From Candidatus Nomurabacteria bacterium (lineage in GTDB: Bacteria > Patescibacteriota > Minisyncoccia > Phycocordibacterales > UBA9973): DNA of 64,000 nucleotides. The translations under genes and the position numbers were made by a program. This document shows positions 9,346 to 19,544 of this stretch, piece after piece. The DNA lies in the NCBI GenBank assembly GCA_016699085.1, contig CP064958.1:668619-732618 (forward strand), read 5' to 3'. The first letter of the stretch is position 1. Each line of letters opens with the position of its first letter. Under the pieces are notes generated by a model, which was given only the letters and a program-made list of their open reading frames with translations, was not told the DNA's origin and ran no database searches.

Positions 9346-10431
9346 ATGACTATGGCAAAGAAAGATTACTATGACATATTAGGTGTTACCAAATCAGCCT
9401 CAAAAGATGAAATTAAAAAGGCTTTTCATAAATTAGCGCATAAATTTCATCCTGATAAAAGCGGTGGTGACGACTCAAAATTTAAAGAAGTTAACGAAGC
9501 TTACCAAACGCTTTCTGATGAGAGTAAACGTGCCCAGTATGACCAATTTGGCCAAGCGTATGAAGGGCAAGGTAGTGGCTTCGGTGGGCAATCCGGCGGA
9601 TACGGTTTTTCTGGTTTCCAAAATGCTCAGGGTTTTGACATGGGAGATCTCAATGATATTTTCTCAGAATTTTTTGGTGGTGGTATGGGTGGCGGTAGAA
9701 ATCAAGTTAGACGAGGCAGAGATATTTCTACAGAAATCACTATTTCATTTAAAGAAAGCATTTTCGGTATAGAAAGGAAAGTGCTTATTACTAAAGTAAG
9801 TACTTGCAGTACATGTTCAGGTAGTGGAGCAAAACCAGGCAGCAGCATGGATGCCTGTAAACACTGCAATGGTAAAGGCAGTATTCATGAAGCACGACGG
9901 TCAATATTTGGCACGGTAAGCGCGTCTCGAGCATGTGATACGTGTGGCGGTAGTGGTAAAGTGCCAAAGGAAAAATGTGTGACCTGTAAAGGTGTTGGAG
10001 TGCTCCGAAAAGAAGAGGAGATCTCAATCAAAATACCAGCAGGCATACAAAATGGTGAGATGATCAGGCTTACAGGGATGGGAGAGGCTATACCGCATGG
10101 CACATCTGGTGATTTATATATTAAAATCAATATACTTGCACACCAACTGTTCAAGCGAGATGGTCATAACTTGCATATGGACTTATCAGTCAAATTAACT
10201 GATGCACTTTTGGGTAAAGATGAACACCTAGAAACATTGGACGGTGCATTGACTGTAAAAATCCCTGCAGGTATTGCTCCAGGAGAAATTCTTCGTGTCA
10301 AAGAGAAAGGCGTTCCAACTTTGCGTGGACGTCGCGGAGACTTGCTTATAAAAATAAATATTAAATTCCCTACAAAATTATCTAAGAAAGCTCTTGAAGC
10401 TGTGGAGACACTAAAAAATGAAGGGAACTAA
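9346..10431 (+). CDS. dnaJ: molecular chaperone DnaJ
   Basis: J domain with HPD (HKFHPDKS), G/F-rich linker, four CxxCxGxG zinc-finger repeats. Confidence 0.95.
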   Translation: MTMAKKDYYDILGVTKSASKDEIKKAFHKLAHKFHPDKSGGDDSKFKEVNEAYQTLSDESKRAQYDQFGQAYEGQGSGFGGQSGGYGFSGFQNAQGFDMGDLNDIFSEFFGGGMGGGRNQVRRGRDISTEITISFKESIFGIERKVLITKVSTCSTCSGSGAKPGSSMDACKHCNGKGSIHEARRSIFGTVSASRACDTCGGSGKVPKEKCVTCKGVGVLRKEEEISIKIPAGIQNGEMIRLTGMGEAIPHGTSGDLYIKINILAHQLFKRDGHNLHMDLSVKLTDALLGKDEHLETLDGALTVKIPAGIAPGEILRVKEKGVPTLRGRRGDLLIKINIKFPTKLSKKALEAVETLKNEGN

Positions 10432-10486
10432 ATAGCTAGCAATATACCTCGATCAAATCCGCCTCATCAAATGTAATTCCTCTAAT

Positions 10487-10517
10487 AAAAAATCCGACCA
10501 ATTTGGTCGGATTTTTT
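10487..10517. terminator. bidirectional terminator
   Basis: TCCGACC-aattt-GGTCGGA between A-run and T-run, between convergent dnaJ and cysS. Confidence 0.75.
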
Positions 10518-10524
10518 ATTTTGT

Positions 10525-11931
10525 TTAAATCTTTTTTATTTGTTGTCCAGTATCTGTATCTACTATTTCGTAACCTTGCGATGCAATCTCTTGTCGTAGT
10601 GTATCAGCTAAGCTCCAATTTTTTTCCAAACGTGCTTGAGCCCGCTTGCTTGCAAGCATTGTTATTGCTTCGGGGATTATTTCTTCTGATATATCTGCAA
10701 GATTAAAGCCAAGTACAGTGTCAAAAGCAAGTAGTGTCGCACGCTTGTCGGCATTTGGCATCTCCGTATCCTTAAGCATTTCCCATACAACTGCCAAAGC
10801 TTGTGGCATGTGTAAATCGTTATTAATTGCCGTTTGGAATTTGGTCATGTATGACTCATTTAGCATGCCGCTATCTGTACCAAGTGAGCGGAAATGCTCA
10901 AATAACTTTGCATAGCTTCTTGAGGCACCTTCGAGTGCTTCCCAGGTAAAGTTTTGTGGTGATCTATAGTGCGCGGTTAAATAAAAATATCTGAGTGCAA
11001 GAGGTGAAAATCCGTGGGATTCAATATCATGTAATGAGTATGCATTGCCTAAGCTTTTGCCCATTTTCCCACCATCAACTTGTAAAAATGCTCCATGCAT
11101 CCAATATGCAACAAAAGGCACAAGGCCGGTTGCTCCTTGTGATTGGGCAATTTCATTTGGATGATGCGTACTTTTCAAATCTTCGCCGCCTACGTGTATG
11201 GCAAACTGAGCACCTAAATATTTCATACTCATTGCAGAACATTCTATGTGCCAACCTGGGAAGCCGACACCCCATGGACTTGGCCATTCCATGTGGCGTT
11301 TTTCTCCTCCTTCTTTTGCTGTTGAAAATTTCCAAAGTGCAAAGTCTCTAGGATTCTTTTTCTCGTGATTAATTAGAACACGCACGCCTTCTTTTATCAT
11401 TTGTAAATTTGAAAGTTCACCATAGGTAAACCCAGCATTCTCATACGATAATGTGTCAAAATATATACCATCGCTTATTTGATATGCAAAACCGCGGGCA
11501 ATTAATTGCTCGACGAGAGAAATCTGTTCTGTAATATGATCAGTTGCTTTGGCAAAAAGCTTTGGCTGTGTCAAATTAAGTTTCTTGTATCCTTGTAGAA
11601 AGTCGTCAGTATAAAATGCTGCAATTTCCCAGGCAGTTTTACCTTCACGACGACTTGCTTTTTCGAGTCGATCTTCACCAGTATCTGCATCGCCTAGGTT
11701 ATCACCTGTTAAATGCCCGACGTCAGTTATGTTCATAACATATGTTGGTTTATAACCATTTAGTCTAAGTGCACGTATGAGCAAGTCACCGAGTGTATAG
11801 GTTCGCCAATTTCCAATCGTCACGTAGTCGTAGACGGTTGGTCCGCACGTATATACGCCGACAGTGTCTGGAAGGTGAGGCTTGAAAACCTCTTCGTTTT
11901 TACTCAGTGAGTTATAGATACGTAAGTCCAT
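10525..11931 (-). CDS. cysS: cysteine--tRNA ligase
   Basis: class I HIGH-type CGPTVYD/IGNWRT, WPSPWGVGFPGWHIECSAM zinc site, KMGKS. Confidence 0.95.
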   Translation of the reverse strand: MDLRIYNSLSKNEEVFKPHLPDTVGVYTCGPTVYDYVTIGNWRTYTLGDLLIRALRLNGYKPTYVMNITDVGHLTGDNLGDADTGEDRLEKASRREGKTAWEIAAFYTDDFLQGYKKLNLTQPKLFAKATDHITEQISLVEQLIARGFAYQISDGIYFDTLSYENAGFTYGELSNLQMIKEGVRVLINHEKKNPRDFALWKFSTAKEGGEKRHMEWPSPWGVGFPGWHIECSAMSMKYLGAQFAIHVGGEDLKSTHHPNEIAQSQGATGLVPFVAYWMHGAFLQVDGGKMGKSLGNAYSLHDIESHGFSPLALRYFYLTAHYRSPQNFTWEALEGASRSYAKLFEHFRSLGTDSGMLNESYMTKFQTAINNDLHMPQALAVVWEMLKDTEMPNADKRATLLAFDTVLGFNLADISEEIIPEAITMLASKRAQARLEKNWSLADTLRQEIASQGYEIVDTDTGQQIKKI

Positions 11932-12649
11932 AATACCTGATTAGGATAGCAAAAATAATGATAAAAGCCAGCAGGAGAATACTAAGCTTAAATGTATGAC
12001 GCAGGCGTTTATTCTCTTTGGCTTGCTCTTTTGCATATGCTTTGTGCCATTCTATATACTTGAATTTGATTTCTTTAATGGCAAAAAGGTGAGATTGAGT
12101 TTGTAATATAAGCTGATTGAGCTTGATTGGGTGCGGTAGTAGCACATGTTCCGTGCTCTCTATTGTTTTAAGTAGTAATGTGTAAAGCTCTTTCAATTGA
12201 ATTTCTGCAATCTGTATTTGTTCTTCAAATTGGCCTAAGACTTTAAAATCTCGTTGTTGTATTTTTGTACCAATAGTATCTATCTTGGCCTGTAAAAATA
12301 GGAGTAGCAATTTTGCTGGCAGAAGGGTATCAGTATGACTATTTTCAAGTGGCGAATCAATTGAAAATATATTCCGAAATGGATGCTCAATAGATAGTGG
12401 GTGCATATGATAGGTATACAGACCATTTTTTGTTAGGAGTACATTTATAGGCTGGATTGTTTCAAGTCCAGCATATTCATGCATTTGCAAAAACAAAAAA
12501 TCTGGATGTGAAATAAACGGTTCGTCTTGCTGTGTTACAAAAAAAGTTTCTGGTAGCAAATGCTCTTCCTCGCATGCTATAAGTTCTGCTGCCACAGGGG
12601 ACTCAATATCAATCCAAAAAACATTTTTAAAGGTATGTTTTGCGATCAT
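11912..12649 (-). CDS. CorA-like Mg2+/Co2+ transporter family protein (possibly truncated)
   Basis: N-terminal FWIDIESP...E pattern and long helices like CorA cytoplasmic domain; single C-terminal TM ending ...YYGLTYL where CorA has YGMNF; no second TM; 3' end overlaps cysS by 20 bp. Confidence 0.35.
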   Translation of the reverse strand: MIAKHTFKNVFWIDIESPVAAELIACEEEHLLPETFFVTQQDEPFISHPDFLFLQMHEYAGLETIQPINVLLTKNGLYTYHMHPLSIEHPFRNIFSIDSPLENSHTDTLLPAKLLLLFLQAKIDTIGTKIQQRDFKVLGQFEEQIQIAEIQLKELYTLLLKTIESTEHVLLPHPIKLNQLILQTQSHLFAIKEIKFKYIEWHKAYAKEQAKENKRLRHTFKLSILLLAFIIIFAILIRYYGLTYL

Positions 12650-12654
12650 AGCAA

Positions 12655-13929
12655 TTAGAAAATAAAGATAAGCGTTGCAATAGCAGATATGGTCATAAGG
12701 AATGCAATAATCCAACTGAGCGTGAGAATAAATGGGTGGCTTTTCCAGTTGCCCATTATATTTTTATCACTTGCGATTCGAATAATACAAAATAGGACTA
12801 CGGGGGCAACCAGACCATTTAATATGGCCGCATACAACAGCATTTTAATAGGGCTTATATTGAGCAACAATAATAATAATCCAATAACAATACTTAAGGT
12901 AATTATGGCGTAGAAGGCCTGTGCCTCATTCCACTTTTTTGATAAGCCCTCATTCCAGTTGAATGTTTCTGAAAATGCGTAGGAGGTAGAGCCTGCAAGT
13001 ATTGGCAACGCCAAAAGTCCAGTACCGACAATACCTAAAGTAAACAATAAGTACGCAAATGGACCAGCAAATGGCTCAAGTGCCATTGCAGCATCAGTTG
13101 CAGTGTTTATGTTCGTTATACCATGTGTATGCAAGGTGGCCGCACATACGACGATAATAAAAAACATGACTATATTTGATATTGCCATGCCAACAAATGT
13201 ATCGACATGCATGTTTCTTATGGATGTTTTGATTGTATCTATTGTACTGTGCGAAGTTATCTCTAATTTCTCCTCTACTTCCTGTGATGTTTGCCAAAAA
13301 AACAAATACGGTGAAATAGTTGTCCCCAAAAGGGCCGTTAGAAGTAAAATATTATCCTTTGTAAATGCGATGTGGGGAACAACTAAAGAATGCAGTATTT
13401 CTTTCCATGGGAGATCAAGTGAGAACGCAACTATAATATAAAAGAAAAGTACAAAAGTGAGCCATTTGAGGTATTTAGTATATTTTTTGTAGGGAATAAA
13501 AATTTGTAAATTTAAAGAAAGTAATGCAAAAAAAATAATAAAAATTGCAGGTGGCACACTCGGTAGTAATAGTGATGAAGCACTTGCCATAGCGCCCAAG
13601 TCTGCTCCAATATTAAAAGTGTTGGTTATGAACAGCAAACTTATACAGATATACACAAGAGGCTTTGGAATAACGCGGCGCATGTTGGTGGCTAACCCTT
13701 TGCCAGTAACAATACCAATTCTTGCGCACATCGTCTGTATAATTATCATGAATGGTAAGGTAAAGAAGGATACCCATAAAAATTGATAGCCACCTTGCGC
13801 GCCTGCTTGGGAATAGGTTGCAATACCTGATGGATCATCATCGGCGGCGCCAGTCACGATGCCTGGGCCCAAAGCTTTGTAGTATGTAGTGATACTTGAG
13901 CTTTTTTTATTATGTTTAGATTGTTCCAT
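12655..13929 (-). CDS. mntH: NRAMP family divalent metal (Mn2+) transporter
   Basis: LGPGIVTGAADDDPSGIATYSQAGA NRAMP signature, ~11 TM. Confidence 0.9.
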   Translation of the reverse strand: MEQSKHNKKSSSITTYYKALGPGIVTGAADDDPSGIATYSQAGAQGGYQFLWVSFFTLPFMIIIQTMCARIGIVTGKGLATNMRRVIPKPLVYICISLLFITNTFNIGADLGAMASASSLLLPSVPPAIFIIFFALLSLNLQIFIPYKKYTKYLKWLTFVLFFYIIVAFSLDLPWKEILHSLVVPHIAFTKDNILLLTALLGTTISPYLFFWQTSQEVEEKLEITSHSTIDTIKTSIRNMHVDTFVGMAISNIVMFFIIVVCAATLHTHGITNINTATDAAMALEPFAGPFAYLLFTLGIVGTGLLALPILAGSTSYAFSETFNWNEGLSKKWNEAQAFYAIITLSIVIGLLLLLLNISPIKMLLYAAILNGLVAPVVLFCIIRIASDKNIMGNWKSHPFILTLSWIIAFLMTISAIATLIFIF

Positions 13930-13973
13930 TAGATGAAGTATATCTTACCAATAACTCTAAAACAATGACTTTA

Positions 13974-14002
13974 TTGACTTATTTGGAGGTTTGAAGTACT
14001 AT
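13974..14002 (+). promoter_or_regulatory. putative sigma70 promoter of rplU
   Basis: TTGACT-17nt-TACTAT ending 8 nt before the rplU ATG (possibly leaderless). Confidence 0.4.
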
Positions 14003-14010
14003 GGCTACAC

Positions 14011-14358
14011 ATGGCAAAGAAAGCAACAACTAAAAAAGACGGTGAATTTGCAGTTATTGCAACCGGCGGTAAACAGTATAAAGTCACTCCAGGTGACGTT
14101 ATTAAAATTGAGCGTTTGCAAGGTAATCACAAATCAGGCGATATTATTTCATTCGATAAAGTTCTCCTCGTTGACAATGGCACTGATACAACAATCGGTA
14201 TGCCATATATTAAAGAAGCAAGCGTCGAAGCAGAATACATCAAAGAAGGACACTATCCAACTGTTGCTGTCGTCAAATATAAGCAGAAAAGTCGTAATAT
14301 CAAGCGCAATGGCCATCGCCAACTGTACGCTGAAATAAAAATTACAGCTATCAAATAA
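14011..14358 (+). CDS. rplU: 50S ribosomal protein L21
   Basis: FAVIATGGKQYKV...G...I.FDKVLLV core of L21. Confidence 0.92.
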   Translation: MAKKATTKKDGEFAVIATGGKQYKVTPGDVIKIERLQGNHKSGDIISFDKVLLVDNGTDTTIGMPYIKEASVEAEYIKEGHYPTVAVVKYKQKSRNIKRNGHRQLYAEIKITAIK

Positions 14359-14383
14359 AAATCCCGAATGTTCGGGATTTTTT
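14357..14383. terminator. bidirectional terminator
   Basis: AAAAATCCCGAA-tg-TTCGGGATTTTTT between convergent rplU and recR. Confidence 0.75.
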
Positions 14384-14993
14384 AATGTCTATTTTTAAAT
14401 GCATTAGCCATAGTTTCCGTATCAGCATATTCCAGTTCGCTGCCTGTTGATAGTCCTCGTCCCAATGAAGATAAACTAACTGTGTCAGTGGTAATATATG
14501 GCGCTAATCGTACACGCAAATAGTGATCAGTATGTTCACCTTGAGGTGTGAGCGACAGTGCAAGAACGATTTCCTTGAGTCCGGTTTTTATATATTCTTT
14601 GATTTTTTCTTCAAGCTCGCGAATGCGGATATATTGTTCAACATTTGTTTCAATAGCTGGCACTAATCCTCCAAGTACAAAAATTCTGCCATGATAAATG
14701 TTAGTACGCCTGATGTTCTCATAATCGCTATCTTTTGAAACTATGAGAAGTGTCGTTGTATCTATAGTAGGTTTGCTACACATAGCACAAAGTTCTGCAT
14801 CATTATTTTCAAAATGCACAAAACAGGCTTTGCATGTATTGGTTGCTTGTTGTAATTCTCTGATCGCTTTTGCCAAGTCGTTCACATAGGTCGATGGTTG
14901 TGATAAAAGGAAATATACAAATCGTTTGGATTGGCGCATTCCTATGCCAGGAAATTTTGCAAAAAGTTCAGATAATGTATCAATATGATTCAT
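14382..14993 (-). CDS. recR: recombination protein RecR
   Basis: HhH N-terminus, C4 zinc finger CKAC...CAMC, Toprim domain. Confidence 0.92.
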   Translation of the reverse strand: MNHIDTLSELFAKFPGIGMRQSKRFVYFLLSQPSTYVNDLAKAIRELQQATNTCKACFVHFENNDAELCAMCSKPTIDTTTLLIVSKDSDYENIRRTNIYHGRIFVLGGLVPAIETNVEQYIRIRELEEKIKEYIKTGLKEIVLALSLTPQGEHTDHYLRVRLAPYITTDTVSLSSLGRGLSTGSELEYADTETMANAFKNRH

Positions 14994-15102
14994 CCCGTAC
15001 GAAATTAAAAACTAATAAAATTATTCCTGTTTTTCTTTTGTCCCATAATAACAAAAATCCTCCTAAACTTTATCTTTTTATAATTTCGTATGGGATTCAT
15101 AA

Positions 15103-16503
15103 TTAAAATATATCATTAGATGAATCAGAACTTCTTTGTGTCTGCTGTGAAAAAGATCCCATATTGCCTTTTTCAATAGGTAAGAATGTTGAAAGCTTTT
15201 CTTCAAAATATAGTTCAACCTTCCCAGTAGGTCCATTTCTGTGTTTTTCAATTAAAATCTCTGCAATATTAGTCCTCTCAGATTCATCTTTGTACTTATC
15301 TTCACGGTGGATAAACATAACAACATCGGCATCCTGCTCGATAGAACCAGAATCTCGTAAATCAGAAAGTCTTGGTTTGCCACCGCGAGCTTCGATCGCA
15401 CGAGATAACTGAGAGAGGGCAAGGACTGGTACATCGAGATCTCGGGCGAGACTCTTGAGAGAGCGTGAAATCTCTGTTACTTGATTAACCATAGAATCAT
15501 AATTCTTAGAGGTCGTCATGAGCTGCAAGTAGTCGATAATAATAAGTCCAAGTCCATGTTCACTTTTGAGTCTTCTCGCTGTTGCGCGCATATGCATGAT
15601 TGAGTTGCCAGCCTGATCGTCGATATAGATAGGCGCCTTTGATAACTTGTCGAGAGCATCGCGAAGCCTTGAAAATTCATTATCGGTACTAAGTTTGCCA
15701 GTACGAAGATTCCAAGCATTCACTTTTGATTCAGCTGCAAGCATACGGTCAACAAGCTGTTGTGCGCTCATTTCAAGTGAGAAAATACCAACTGGAATAT
15801 TATGAGTTGTTGCAGCCATGCGAGCAATATCAAGCGCTAGTGTTGTTTTACCGATTGATGGACGAGCAGCCAAAATAATAAGATCTGACTTTTGGAGTCC
15901 AGCAAGCATACTATCCAAATCTGCAAAACCAGTCGGTATGCCGCGAAGTTCACCGCTTGTCCCATGGAGTTTCTCTATTCGCTCCCATGCACCACTTAAG
16001 GTCTGCTTGATACTAATAAACTTCTTGCCTTTTGATGAGCCAGTAATACTGAAGAGTCTTTTTTCAGCACGATCGAGTATTTCTTCGACAGGCTCTGTCG
16101 ATTCTTCAAATCCAGTCGCTGACACATCATCGCCAGCACTAATAAGTTCTCGAAGAATATATTTTTTCTCAACAATATCTGCGTAGTGCTTTAAGTTCGA
16201 AGCAGAAGGTACTTTGTCTATAAGTTCCGTAAGATAACTGTTACCGCCAACTCGCTCAAGTAGATTTTTTTCAGTTAAGATTGTTGAAAGTGTTAGAAGG
16301 TCAATAGGTTGGCTTTTAAGTGATAACTCGAGCATAGCATCAAAAATCAATCGGTGTCGCTCACTATAAAATGAGTCCGTAGAAATCGCATCAGTGACAT
16401 CGAGTAACCCACCTGGGCGAATAAGGATTGATCCAAGTACCGCTTGTTCTGAGTCTAGGCTTTGCGGTGGCAATCTCAAGGATGGTTTTTTAGGTGATGA
16501 CAT
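15103..16503 (-). CDS. dnaB: replicative DNA helicase DnaB
   Basis: N-terminal DnaB domain (LPPQSLDSEQAVLGS), Walker A ARPSIGKTT, RecA-like C-terminal domain. Confidence 0.95.
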   Translation of the reverse strand: MSSPKKPSLRLPPQSLDSEQAVLGSILIRPGGLLDVTDAISTDSFYSERHRLIFDAMLELSLKSQPIDLLTLSTILTEKNLLERVGGNSYLTELIDKVPSASNLKHYADIVEKKYILRELISAGDDVSATGFEESTEPVEEILDRAEKRLFSITGSSKGKKFISIKQTLSGAWERIEKLHGTSGELRGIPTGFADLDSMLAGLQKSDLIILAARPSIGKTTLALDIARMAATTHNIPVGIFSLEMSAQQLVDRMLAAESKVNAWNLRTGKLSTDNEFSRLRDALDKLSKAPIYIDDQAGNSIMHMRATARRLKSEHGLGLIIIDYLQLMTTSKNYDSMVNQVTEISRSLKSLARDLDVPVLALSQLSRAIEARGGKPRLSDLRDSGSIEQDADVVMFIHREDKYKDESERTNIAEILIEKHRNGPTGKVELYFEEKLSTFLPIEKGNMGSFSQQTQRSSDSSNDIF

Positions 16504-16626
16504 GTCGCCAATTCTAACATACTGAAATATCTACAGTGAGTGCTCCTATGGAGCCTAATTGTGTGTAAGTTGTGGATACATACACAACGATTCCAAAAAA
16601 ACTTATTATTTGTTATGCTTCATACT

Positions 16627-17691
16627 ATGAAAAACAATGCTGTCATCACTCTTACAGGGGATCGCCCTACAGGTCGGTTGCATTTGGGTCACTACGTAGG
16701 TTCGCTTACAGAACGGATCAAACTTCAAGCTACTGCAGAACAAGCATTCTATATGATTGCTGATGTGCAGGCACTGACAGATAATGCTGATAATCCAGAC
16801 AAGGTACGAAATAATGTGCTTGAAGTTGCGCTCGATAACCTCGCTGTAGGTGTTGATCCAACCAAGACAACTATGTATATACAATCATTAGTTCCAGAAA
16901 TAGCTGAACTGACTATTTTTTTCTTAAATCTAGTTACTGTAAATCGATTACTTCAGAACCCTACAGTTAAGACAGAAATTTTACAAAAGGGATGGGGACT
17001 GTCTGAAATTAAAGAAACAAATGGAATTTTAGAAAAAACTGAAAATATTAACAAACCTGGTGTGCCAGCTGGTTTCTTGACGTATCCTATCTCCCAAGCT
17101 GCCGATATTCTTATTATGAAAAGTAACATTATCCCAGTCGGTGAAGATCAAAAACCGATAATTGAACTAACAAACGAAATTATTGATACCTTCAATCGTT
17201 ATTACGGCGAAGTTTTTTCTAAAGTTAAGATTCAACTTAGTGAGACCCCAAGACTTGTCGGCACAGATGGCAATGCCAAAATGTCAAAGTCACTTGGTAA
17301 TTGTATTTACCTAGCAGATAGTAATGAAATAATTGAGGAGAAAGTCATGGCTATGTACACTGATCCAAATCATATACGAGTCGAAGATCCAGGGAATATT
17401 GAAGGGAATGTTGTATTTACGTATCTAGATATTTTTGATCCAAATAAACCAGAAGTCCTAGAACTCAAGGCCCAGTATCAAAAAGGCGGTCTCGGTGATG
17501 TTGTTCTCAAAAAACGGCTAGTAGGAATTCTGCAAGAATTGATTACGCCTATCCGTGAGAAGCGGGAACGCCTTGCACAAGATCCACGAATGATTATGGA
17601 TATATTGAAAGATGGTACTGCTACAGCACGTAAAACCGCCCAAGCTACCCTCGCCGAAGTTCGTCAAGCGATGAAGATTGACTATTTTTAA
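16627..17691 (+). CDS. trpS: tryptophan--tRNA ligase
   Basis: TGDRPTGRLHLGHY (TrpRS-type HIGH) and KMSKSLGN; start trimmed to internal Met MKNNAV. Confidence 0.88.
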   Translation: MKNNAVITLTGDRPTGRLHLGHYVGSLTERIKLQATAEQAFYMIADVQALTDNADNPDKVRNNVLEVALDNLAVGVDPTKTTMYIQSLVPEIAELTIFFLNLVTVNRLLQNPTVKTEILQKGWGLSEIKETNGILEKTENINKPGVPAGFLTYPISQAADILIMKSNIIPVGEDQKPIIELTNEIIDTFNRYYGEVFSKVKIQLSETPRLVGTDGNAKMSKSLGNCIYLADSNEIIEEKVMAMYTDPNHIRVEDPGNIEGNVVFTYLDIFDPNKPEVLELKAQYQKGGLGDVVLKKRLVGILQELITPIREKRERLAQDPRMIMDILKDGTATARKTAQATLAEVRQAMKIDYF

Positions 17692-17694
17692 TAT

Positions 17695-19512
17695 ATGGAT
17701 AAACCAAAAGCATTATTCTCACGCTCGCTTTTATTTTTTAAGCCATTTTGGAAGTACATAGCAATAGTATTTTTTATGATGGTTATTGGGCAGGCTGCTG
17801 CTACTTTTTCACCATTTTTATTCGGGAAAAGCGTGGACGCTGTAACTCATAATAACATCACTCTTGCCTTCAAATATATTGGTGGCGCATTTTTGTTGGC
17901 AATTTTTCAATCAAATGTCTTAGTATGGATTAGAGAACGAATCGAAATTGCTTTTCTTGATGATCATGTCGATAAAGCATTCTCACTTAATTCAATGGGA
18001 AAAATGTTTGCTTTTTCAATTGGACAGCATGTTAATGAACACTCCGGTGTAAAACAAAGTATTGTGAATAAAGGCCAAAATGCATTAACGCAACTTATGT
18101 ACAATGCGTTGTATAATATTGTCCCGAATATTTTGCAAGTGCTTGTAACACTGGTAATACTATTCTTTTTTGACTGGCGAATCGCAGCGGTTGCTTCAAT
18201 TTTTCTTTTTACTTACATCTATATTTCCTATAAACGAAATCAAGGGTTTTTACCCAGCATTCAAGAAATTAGAAAGAAAAATCAGGCTCAATCAAAATTG
18301 CAATCTGAATTATACAGAAACGCAACATTAGTCATCGCTGAAGCTCAAGAAAATGAAACGTTGTCATTCTTTAAGAAAGCGGCGGATACAATTACAGATT
18401 ACTCAACAAAGACATGGTTCCATTACTTGACAGTCTTTTATAGTCATAAAACATTAATTCTTTTCGGTCAGTACATATCGCTTGGTTTTGGTGTTTATTT
18501 GATAATCATCGGAGAACATTCAGCGGGTATGTTTGTTACGTTTTATGCATGGACGAACTCAATATTCTCTAACTTAATTATGATCATGAATTCTCAAAGG
18601 CAAATACTGATGCAGGTAGCAGATATTAAGAAGTTTTTTGATTTATTAAATATTACTCCAGATATAGATCAAAATGTAAATGGAAAAATTATTGAACAGT
18701 TCTCAGGTGAAATTAAATTCACTAATGTAAGCTTCGCATATCCTTATAGAATGAATCAAGAAGAAGCTGACAAGGCAGAAGATTTAAATGAGGTAGCAGA
18801 TGAGGAAAAGGATGAGGATCATGCAATTACAAATGTTAGTTTTACTATACCTCCGGGCGCTAAGGTTGGCTTTGTAGGTCAATCAGGGTCTGGTAAATCA
18901 ACAATAGTAAATCTACTACGACGTTACTATGACCCAACAATTGGAGAGATATTCGTTGACAATATAAACCTTAAAGAGCTAAACCTACACTGGTTTCGTT
19001 CTCAAGTTGGTAATGTTGAACAAAAAATTGAACTCTTTGACCGAAGTATAAAAGACAATATTTTATTTGGAATGTCAGATAATAAAAAAGTAAGCAATGA
19101 AGAACTCTTGCAGGTAGTTCACGATGCATCGTTAGATGACTTTGTAGTAAAACTTAAGGGTCATGGCCTTGATACCCTCATTGGAGAAGCAGGAATTAAA
19201 GTTTCTGGGGGAGAAAGGCAGAGAATCGGTATAGCGAGAGCTTTAATCAAGAATCCTAAAATTCTTATTTTTGATGAAGCCACTAGTGCACTTGATTCTG
19301 TAAATGAGAAACTAATTCATGAGGCAATCAATCGAAGCGCTGAAGGAAGAACGACAATCATAATCGCACACAGGCTTTCAACAGTAATGGATGCCGATAT
19401 TATTTTCGTGGTAGCAGAAGGAAAAATTGTAGCACAAGGTACACATGAGGAATTGCAAAAAAATTCCCTAGACTACCAAAAACTTCTTAAAAATCAAATT
19501 GTTGCTATATAA
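17695..19512 (+). CDS. ABC exporter, fused permease/ATP-binding protein
   Basis: six N-terminal TM helices; Walker A GQSGSGKST, LSGGERQR signature, Walker B ILIFDEATSALD. Confidence 0.9.
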   Translation: MDKPKALFSRSLLFFKPFWKYIAIVFFMMVIGQAAATFSPFLFGKSVDAVTHNNITLAFKYIGGAFLLAIFQSNVLVWIRERIEIAFLDDHVDKAFSLNSMGKMFAFSIGQHVNEHSGVKQSIVNKGQNALTQLMYNALYNIVPNILQVLVTLVILFFFDWRIAAVASIFLFTYIYISYKRNQGFLPSIQEIRKKNQAQSKLQSELYRNATLVIAEAQENETLSFFKKAADTITDYSTKTWFHYLTVFYSHKTLILFGQYISLGFGVYLIIIGEHSAGMFVTFYAWTNSIFSNLIMIMNSQRQILMQVADIKKFFDLLNITPDIDQNVNGKIIEQFSGEIKFTNVSFAYPYRMNQEEADKAEDLNEVADEEKDEDHAITNVSFTIPPGAKVGFVGQSGSGKSTIVNLLRRYYDPTIGEIFVDNINLKELNLHWFRSQVGNVEQKIELFDRSIKDNILFGMSDNKKVSNEELLQVVHDASLDDFVVKLKGHGLDTLIGEAGIKVSGGERQRIGIARALIKNPKILIFDEATSALDSVNEKLIHEAINRSAEGRTTIIIAHRLSTVMDADIIFVVAEGKIVAQGTHEELQKNSLDYQKLLKNQIVAI

Positions 19513-19544
19513 ATACTTGCGGTTTTTTATTTGCTTGGTACACT

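Noticed and set aside
14940-14972. AATTTTGCAAAAAGTTCAG, resembling the ArsR-flank motif AATTTTGCAAAACTTCAG
   Set aside because: Lies inside the recR coding sequence and lacks the CCCGTA part. Most likely chance similarity in AT-rich sequence.
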